Assembly: GCA_965223325.1 (NCBI GenBank)
Contig: CBDCWI010000001.1
Coordinates: 1,536,001 to 1,600,000 of the forward strand
Direction of reading: 5' to 3'
DNA: 64,000 nt
Source of the DNA: Candidatus Multivoradales bacterium
GTDB lineage: Bacteria; Acidobacteriota; Thermoanaerobaculia; Multivoradales; Multivoraceae
Each line of letters starts with the position of its first letter. Position 1 is the stretch's first letter. The notes below the pieces were generated by a model. It had not been told where the DNA came from and ran no database searches. It saw only the letters and a program-made list of their open reading frames with translations. Shown here in pieces: positions 57,931-64,000 of the stretch. A program made the position numbers and the translations under genes.

Positions 57931-59466
57931 ATGCAGCACGTCTACCGCCTCCGCAACCCCATTCAGAACTACGCCTGGGGCTCTCACCACACGATCGCTG
58001 AATTGCTCGGGCGCCCAAGTCCAACGCCCCACCCCCAGGCCGAGCTGTGGATCGGCGCCCATCCACGCGGGCGATCGATCGCGATTGCCGAGGTGGGTGA
58101 GGTCACACTCGACCAACTGGTCTCCTCAGGAGCCACCGCGGTGCTTGGCCAGCGAGCGGCGCGCACCTTCAAACGCCGCTTGCCTTTCCTGCTCAAGGTC
58201 CTGGCAGTCGAGAAGCCGCTCTCGCTCCAGGCCCATCCCGACAGGCGCCAGGCCAAAGCCGGCTTCCGGCGCGAGAAAGAGGCCGGCATCGCCCTCGACG
58301 CTCCTCGGCGCAACTACCGCGACAAGAACCACAAACCCGAGTTGGTGCACGCGCTGTCGCCTTTCGAAGCACTCTACGGTTTTCGCCCAGCCGAAGAGGC
58401 TCTAGCGGGTCTCGAAGATCTCGCAGTGCCTGGTCTCGCACCCTGGATCGACTTCCTGCATGGCGCCCTCCAGGCCAGTGCCCAGGAAGGCGCCGTCGAA
58501 GAGGCGACAGGGCGGCTGTTTTTGGCCCTCATCCGAACTTCGCGAGCCGAACAGTCCGACCTGGTCGCGGCAGTCCAGGAGGCGGTGGCCGAGCGCCTCA
58601 AAGACTTCGACTTACCAACCGCACCCCCTTCGCCCAGCGGCGAGGCGGCCGCCCTGCCCACCGCAGCAGAACCCAACGGAAGTGACGACGGCGAAGTACA
58701 GAGTGAAGTACAGAGTAGCGAGACCCCAACCCCCGCACCGCAATCGAACGCACCCGCCGAGCTGCTCTGGCTCGACCGACTGGCGCGAAGCGCGCCCCAT
58801 GACGCAGGGGCACTGGCACCTCTCCTCCTCCACTACGTGCGCCTCGAACCCGGAGAGGCCCTGTTTACCGAAGCCCGCGTCTTGCACGCCTATCTCAGTG
58901 GCACCGCGATCGAGCTCCAGGCGAGTTCAGACAACGTGCTGCGCGGTGGTCTGACCGAAAAGCACATCGACACCGAGGAACTGGCGCGGGTACTCGACCT
59001 GACCCCCCGCCCGCCCGAGATTCACCGAGGCGAAGCGCGGGGCTCGAACGAAACGGTCTTTGAAGTGCCGGTGCGGGACTTTGAGCTCTCACGCATCGAC
59101 CTCGACGCCGCCGCGGCCTGGCAGTCCGAGGAGCAGCGAGCCGTCGAGATTCTGCTCTGCACCGAAGGGAACGCAACGCTGGTTGCCGGTGAGAAGAGCT
59201 TGTCACTGCGTACGGGACAGTCTGTCCTGGTGGCGGCCGCCGGCCCGACCTACACCCTCGAGGGGGAGGGCTGCTTCTTCCGCGCCACGGTGGGCAGGCG
59301 CGGCCCCAATCCGTTCGCCGACGACGGCGAGGATGAAGATAACGATCAAGTCAAGGCAAACGGCGGCGATAAGTCGCCACTAGAAGAGAATGAGCCGGCT
59401 GCGAGCGCGAATTCCGAGGCGAATTCAGCAGCCGCAGTCAGCGCGCCGGCCGACAACGAGAGCTGA
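57931..59466 (+). CDS. manA: Mannose-6-phosphate isomerase class I with low-complexity insertion and tail
   Basis: QNYAWGS, AELWIGAHP, LSLQAHP, NYRDKNHKPE, LHAYLSG, SDNVLRGGLT.KH. Confidence 0.95.
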   Translation: MQHVYRLRNPIQNYAWGSHHTIAELLGRPSPTPHPQAELWIGAHPRGRSIAIAEVGEVTLDQLVSSGATAVLGQRAARTFKRRLPFLLKVLAVEKPLSLQAHPDRRQAKAGFRREKEAGIALDAPRRNYRDKNHKPELVHALSPFEALYGFRPAEEALAGLEDLAVPGLAPWIDFLHGALQASAQEGAVEEATGRLFLALIRTSRAEQSDLVAAVQEAVAERLKDFDLPTAPPSPSGEAAALPTAAEPNGSDDGEVQSEVQSSETPTPAPQSNAPAELLWLDRLARSAPHDAGALAPLLLHYVRLEPGEALFTEARVLHAYLSGTAIELQASSDNVLRGGLTEKHIDTEELARVLDLTPRPPEIHRGEARGSNETVFEVPVRDFELSRIDLDAAAAWQSEEQRAVEILLCTEGNATLVAGEKSLSLRTGQSVLVAAAGPTYTLEGEGCFFRATVGRRGPNPFADDGEDEDNDQVKANGGDKSPLEENEPAASANSEANSAAAVSAPADNES

Positions 59467-59622
59467 CTCAACCAGCGCCTAATGTCTTGCGATAGTCTAT
59501 TGCGACCGACAAGGCTCGCGGCCGAATGGTACTCTCCTAGGCAATTCTCGAAAACCCATACGGCGCCCGGTTTCTCCAGGGCCTGCGAAACCTCAAGCTC
59601 CTACCTCGAAAGGACCCGCTAA

Positions 59623-61261
59623 ATGTCTACCCCCCCCCCAAAAAAAGGGAAGGCTGCTAACTGCCGTTCTTCTGGCGGTCTCTATTGCCGCCCCTTCTGC
59701 CGCTGAAATCATTTACATCGATTTCAACGACACCCACTCGGCCAGTGAGATCACTGCCGCGCAAGAGGTCGTCCTTGATCGATTCGAACCGCTGGGTGCC
59801 ATCGAACTGGACCGTGATCCGAACACGCGCTCCCTCCTCGTCGACTTACCCGGCCACCTGGTCGAGGCGGTGAAATCCGACCCACTCGTCTTCGGAGTCG
59901 AAGACGCCACCGGATATCCATCAACGGTGCCCAACGGCATCCGTGTTTCTGTCGATGTCACCGGGTCTGGTCCCGATGACGACAAAAGAGACCGCCTGGC
60001 TGCCGACCTGGAACGGCTAGGGGTTCGAGAGGTCTGGCGGGCCAAACACACAAGTTCGATGCACTTCGACGTCCCCTTCGAATTCATCGGCGTGGTCCGC
60101 TCTCACGAGCTCGTCGAGCTTGCAGCAACGGACAGGGGCGGAACAGTTTCTCTCAACAAGAGTGTTCCTCTCGTCCTCAAGAACGCCGCTGGGGTGGGGC
60201 AGATCGGAAGGGGCTACTGGCACTCCTCGTGGGTACCCCGCTATGTCGTCGTGCTCGACACCGGGGTAGACGCCGGAACAGCGAACAACGGCCTCCTCGG
60301 CCGTGTCGACCATACTTATGGCGCGTGCTATGCGTCCGCGGGTGGGAGCTTCACACGCAATTGCCCGAATGGGCTGGACGAGCAGACTACCGGCACCGAC
60401 AAGGCATATCCGTGCGTCAACAACACCGGAGCCTGTGATCACGGCACCTGGGTCTCCGCAGTCGCTGCGGCCGATTCCGGCTACCCCACATCGAACAAGA
60501 TTGGCGTCGTCTCGAACTCCAACATGAAGGTCATTCCGATCAGAGTCTTTGCATCGCACACCAACCTCAACAACAGCGCCAATGCGGCCAGGTATGTGGA
60601 CACAGATGTCGAGAAGGCGCTCGACTTCGTTCTCAATCTCGTTATCTTCTCGGGCGTCAAAGTTGCGGCCGTCAACATGAGCATTGGGCGACATCACTTC
60701 CCGTCGGGCTCATGTACGGGCACCGGTCTCGACAACGAGATCGCCCTCCTCACGAACACCTACAAGGTCGCCGTGATCGCCGCCGCCGGCAATGTCAACT
60801 CGACAGACACGAGTGTTGGCACAGATGAAGATGAGTACGAAGGGCTGGAAAGCCCGGCGTGTGTCGACAACGTGATCGCCGTCGGCTCCACAAACGACAA
60901 CGCCCACCCCATACCAAGCTCCGAGTACGACAAGGTAACGGTCAATATCTGGAATGGCGGTGAGTACTTCAGTACCAAGAGTCACACAACCCTGGACCTC
61001 TGGGCCCCTGGAGCACGAGTCACCACCCGCGGTCCCACCGGGGGAATCGCTCACAACTTTGGCACTTCTTTTGCTGCTCCCCATGTTGCCGCGACGTGGG
61101 CGCGCCTCAAGGGCAAGTTCCCCAACAAGAGCGTTTCGTGGCTGCTCTCGCAGATTCAGAGCAAGTGCCCTACGAAAACCGACCCTCGCGACGCAACAAT
61201 CTCGACCGAGCGACTCTGTTTCGACGCCGCCTGGAAAGGCCAGCAGGACACCTCCTTCTGA
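59623..61261 (+). CDS. Secreted subtilisin-like S8 protease; the ATG is one base out of frame at a C10A7 tract
   Basis: Triad VLDTG / HGT / GTSFAAPHVA, AAAGN; signal peptide KKGRLLTAVLLAVSIAAPSAA in the protease frame; AAGGA RBS before ATG 59623. Confidence 0.85.
59630..59646 (+). repeat. Homopolymer tract C10A7
   Basis: ATGTCTA-C10-A7-GGG. Confidence 0.9.
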
Positions 61262-62166
61262 TGTCCAGGTCTCGACCAGCCATGCTGCAACTCCCAACCT
61301 GGGCGCGATTCGCCCTCACGCTGGCCGCCATCGTCCTCTTGCCTCTCACGGGCATGTCCTCGGTGCATGCCAGCGACGACTTCGATCTCGACCCGACGAT
61401 CCGCTTTTTCTTCAAAGCGAAAGGAACCGATCGAGACCAGCTCCTGGAGATCATTCCGGCGCTAGGAGGCGAGATCCTCTTCGAGGAGAAGGGGGGTAAT
61501 CGTTTGATCCTCGCGCGAATCCCCCCGGAGCATTGGGGCCTGCTCCGCGATCTCGCGCGGACCCTGGACACCTTCTGGTTCCTCCTCGAGGACAGCAGAA
61601 ACTGTTTGCCGTACGCCGAGAAGTGCAGTGAGCGCCCTGTCTTCGTGAGCGCCTATCCCGCCGAAGGAGCCAGTTGGGAGGATGTGGATGCGGCGGCCGA
61701 AGCCCTCGGCGCCTTCTCGTACGGTGGCGGTCAGTACGACATGCTCGAAGCTTCCCTGAACGCGTTCGAAGCCAGCGACGTCGTCGCCGATGACGTCTCG
61801 CTCGAATGCTACAGGTGCCCGCGTCCGATCGTCACGCCGCTCTATCTGGGCCCGGGCCATCGCTTCGAGGCCGAGGCTACCTGGAAGTCAAAGCGGGGCA
61901 GTGGCACCGCCCAACCCCGAGAGGTCTCGGAAGACACCGGGGCTCTATGGTTCTTCAGCCCGTCAAACTACGACCTCTTCGTCAAGGTATTGCGCGGGTG
62001 CGATCTCAACGGTTACTGGTGGGTTCTCGTTTCGGGGCTCACCGACGCCAAAGTCGACCTGCGGATCCGGGACAGGCTACCTGACCGGTACCAGTCCTAC
62101 GCTTCCCCTGGTGGAGAACCGTTCGAACCAATATTCGACCTGGAAGCCTTCCCGTGTGGCGAGTGA
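61261..62166 (+). CDS. Exported protein, tandem paralog A
   Basis: ATG directly overlaps the protease TGA (alternative start 61282); signal peptide; C-terminal WFFSPSNYDLFVKVLRGCDLNGYWWV..GLT domain. Confidence 0.85.
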   Translation: MSRSRPAMLQLPTWARFALTLAAIVLLPLTGMSSVHASDDFDLDPTIRFFFKAKGTDRDQLLEIIPALGGEILFEEKGGNRLILARIPPEHWGLLRDLARTLDTFWFLLEDSRNCLPYAEKCSERPVFVSAYPAEGASWEDVDAAAEALGAFSYGGGQYDMLEASLNAFEASDVVADDVSLECYRCPRPIVTPLYLGPGHRFEAEATWKSKRGSGTAQPREVSEDTGALWFFSPSNYDLFVKVLRGCDLNGYWWVLVSGLTDAKVDLRIRDRLPDRYQSYASPGGEPFEPIFDLEAFPCGE

Positions 62167-62320
62167 AGGGGCACTGTTGAACGGAGGGGGATCGAGTCGC
62201 CCCGAGGGACTCTGTAGGAACCAGGCAGTTCAAGCAGAGGGCTCGGGTCTGCTTCATTCCCGCCCCAAGACTCCGACAGAAGGAACGCCCCGTGCCGTGA
62301 AAGCCGTGACTGGACCAGCC

Positions 62321-63202
62321 ATGCAGCAACTCCCAACCTGGGCGCGATTCGCCCTCACGCTGGCCGCCATCGTTCTCTTGCCTCTCACGGGCATGTCCTC
62401 GGTGCATGCCAGCGACGACTTCGATCTCGACCCGACGATCCGCTTTTTCTTCCAGGCAGATGGCAACGATCGAGACCAGCTCCTGGAGATCATTCCAGCG
62501 CTAGGAGGCGAGATCCTCTTCGAGGAGAAGATGAGTAATCGTTTGATCCTCGCGCGAATCCCCCCGGAGCATTGGGGCCTGCTCCGCGATCTCGAGCGGG
62601 CCATGGACACCTTCTGGTTCCTCCTCGAGGACAGCAGAAACTGCTTGCCATACTCCGAGAAGTGCAGTGACCGCCCTGTCTTCGTGAGCGCCTATCCCGC
62701 CGAAGGAGCCAGTTGGGAGGATGTGGATGCGGTTGCCGAAGCCCTCGGCGGCACCGTGTGGGGCGGGCAGTACGAGATACTCGAAGCTTCCCTGAACGCA
62801 TTCGAAGCCTCCGACGTCGTTGCCGATAATGTTTCGCTCGAGTGCTACAGGTGCCCGCGTCCGATCGTCACGCCGCTCTTTCTGGGCCCGGGCCATCGCT
62901 TCGAGGCCGAGGCTACCTGGAAGTCGAAGCGGGGCAGTGGCACCGCCCAACCCCGAGAGGTCTCGGAAGACACCGGGGCTCTATGGTTCTTCAGCCCGTC
63001 AAACTACGACCTCTTCGTCAAGGTATTGCGCGGCTGCGACCTCAACGGCTACTGGTGGGTTCTCGTATCGGGGCTCACCGACGCCAAGGTCGACCTGCAA
63101 ATCCGGGACAGGATACATAACCGGTACCAGTCGTACGCTTCTCCTGGTGGAGAGCCGTTCGAACCTGTGTTCGACCTGGAAGCCTTCCCGTGTGGCGAGT
63201 GA
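62321..63202 (+). CDS. Exported protein, tandem paralog B
   Basis: Near-identical DNA duplicate of about 61274-62189. Confidence 0.85.
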   Translation: MQQLPTWARFALTLAAIVLLPLTGMSSVHASDDFDLDPTIRFFFQADGNDRDQLLEIIPALGGEILFEEKMSNRLILARIPPEHWGLLRDLERAMDTFWFLLEDSRNCLPYSEKCSDRPVFVSAYPAEGASWEDVDAVAEALGGTVWGGQYEILEASLNAFEASDVVADNVSLECYRCPRPIVTPLFLGPGHRFEAEATWKSKRGSGTAQPREVSEDTGALWFFSPSNYDLFVKVLRGCDLNGYWWVLVSGLTDAKVDLQIRDRIHNRYQSYASPGGEPFEPVFDLEAFPCGE

Positions 63203-63301
63203 AGGGGCACCGTTGAACGGAGGGAATCGAGTAGCCCGGTTGGCTCGGCACCAGCCGACGTTCAGCGACTTCCGGCGAACGCGTCGACAACGACAGCTGA
63301 G

Positions 63302-64000
63302 TCAGCCGGCGCGCAACGAGCGGCGGCGGGCGCGGCGTTCTTTCCGGGATTCCGGTTTACGACCGCGGCCCTGAACGACGAGCCCGACCAGCGCCAACGC
63401 GCCAGCGGCCACCAGCGCCACTTCGCCGACCAGCGGTAGCGCGCGCACGATCAACACGGCGCCGATCAACGACGTCGCGACCACCAGCGCAAATCGGAAC
63501 ATCAGCCCCGACGCAAAAGCGCCGACCATGCCGCCAACCGCGATCAGAACGAGCGGCAGCCAGGCGGCCATGGCGGACTCCGCACCGGCTCCTGGGGCTG
63601 GGATCCCCGCCTCGGCGAGGGTCCTGAGAAGGAAAAGTGCCACCAGCGCGCCGGCCAGAAACCCGGCGACGCTGACCACCAGCCTCTGAAGAGCCAGGCA
63701 GAGGACCGCACAGGCCAGGCCGGCGATGAGCCCGAACCAGAGGGCTGGGTCGGCGAACGGCTCGACCGTGTCGCTACCGAGAACGATGCGCGACAGGCCC
63801 ATTTGCGAGGCCGCCCACCAACCGAGGGCGAAGCCACCGAAGGCGACCGCCAGCACCCACAGGCGGCGGCCGGCCATGACCAGCAGTCCACCAACAATGA
63901 GCAGCACGACCTGAGACGGCAACGCGTCGACCGAGCCCAGGAACGGTTCGAGCTGGTCGCGGACCGCGCCCCACGAAGTCTGGGCTGCGAGAGTGAGCTG
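63302..64000 (-). CDS. Membrane protein (DUF4203/TMEM198-like); the frame is open to the window edge
   Basis: Six to seven Gly-rich TM segments, ATSLIGA, GLVVQ, basic tail. Confidence 0.75.
   Translation of the reverse strand, partial: QLTLAAQTSWGAVRDQLEPFLGSVDALPSQVVLLIVGGLLVMAGRRLWVLAVAFGGFALGWWAASQMGLSRIVLGSDTVEPFADPALWFGLIAGLACAVLCLALQRLVVSVAGFLAGALVALFLLRTLAEAGIPAPGAGAESAMAAWLPLVLIAVGGMVGAFASGLMFRFALVVATSLIGAVLIVRALPLVGEVALVAAGALALVGLVVQGRGRKPESRKERRARRRSLRAG

Noticed and set aside
59636-59650. Classical -1 ribosomal frameshift at AAAAAAG
   Set aside because: Reaching the protease frame from ATG 59623 needs +1, not -1.
61274-63225. DGR template/variable repeat pair
   Set aside because: Differences are not restricted to adenines, the whole gene is duplicated, and no reverse transcriptase is present.
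1-64000. tRNA, rRNA, integrase or transposase genes
   Set aside because: None recognised; the GTTCGA hits near 12823 and 12965 belong to the inverted repeat and do not form a cloverleaf.

Overview
GC-rich bacterial chromosomal segment with about 50 genes. Three ADOP-type duplicated permeases (two with PadR regulators) point to Acidobacteriota, possibly Thermoanaerobaculia-like; this is an inference. Recognisable blocks: a His-rich leader ORF plus TonB-dependent receptor; an AAA/DUF4143 ATPase; mlaE/F/D; a form II-type molybdenum hydroxylase coxG-S-L-M with its coxD/E/F(XdhC)/mocA maturation genes about 16 kb downstream; ctaA plus SCO; a SAM-I riboswitch before metB; a gap*-gap-pyk operon; a decayed glycolate/glyoxylate locus; manA; and a secreted subtilase followed by two tandem near-identical genes. 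Most notable observations: (i) a His-rich exported leader ending in RPPP upstream of the receptor, a candidate metal-sensing ribosome-arrest regulator; (ii) a TGTAAC-N14-CCGGAA motif present three times, one copy pointing into a structured, terminated ~130-nt candidate sRNA; (iii) a GAPDH paralog lacking the catalytic Cys, abutting the canonical gap; (iv) a subtilase put out of frame by a C10A7 tract and followed by two propeptide-like paralogs; (v) a 163-bp structured tandem array; (vi) a clean 35-bp insertion splitting an ADOP gene. All calls come from reading the sequence and recalling family motifs; no searches were run.
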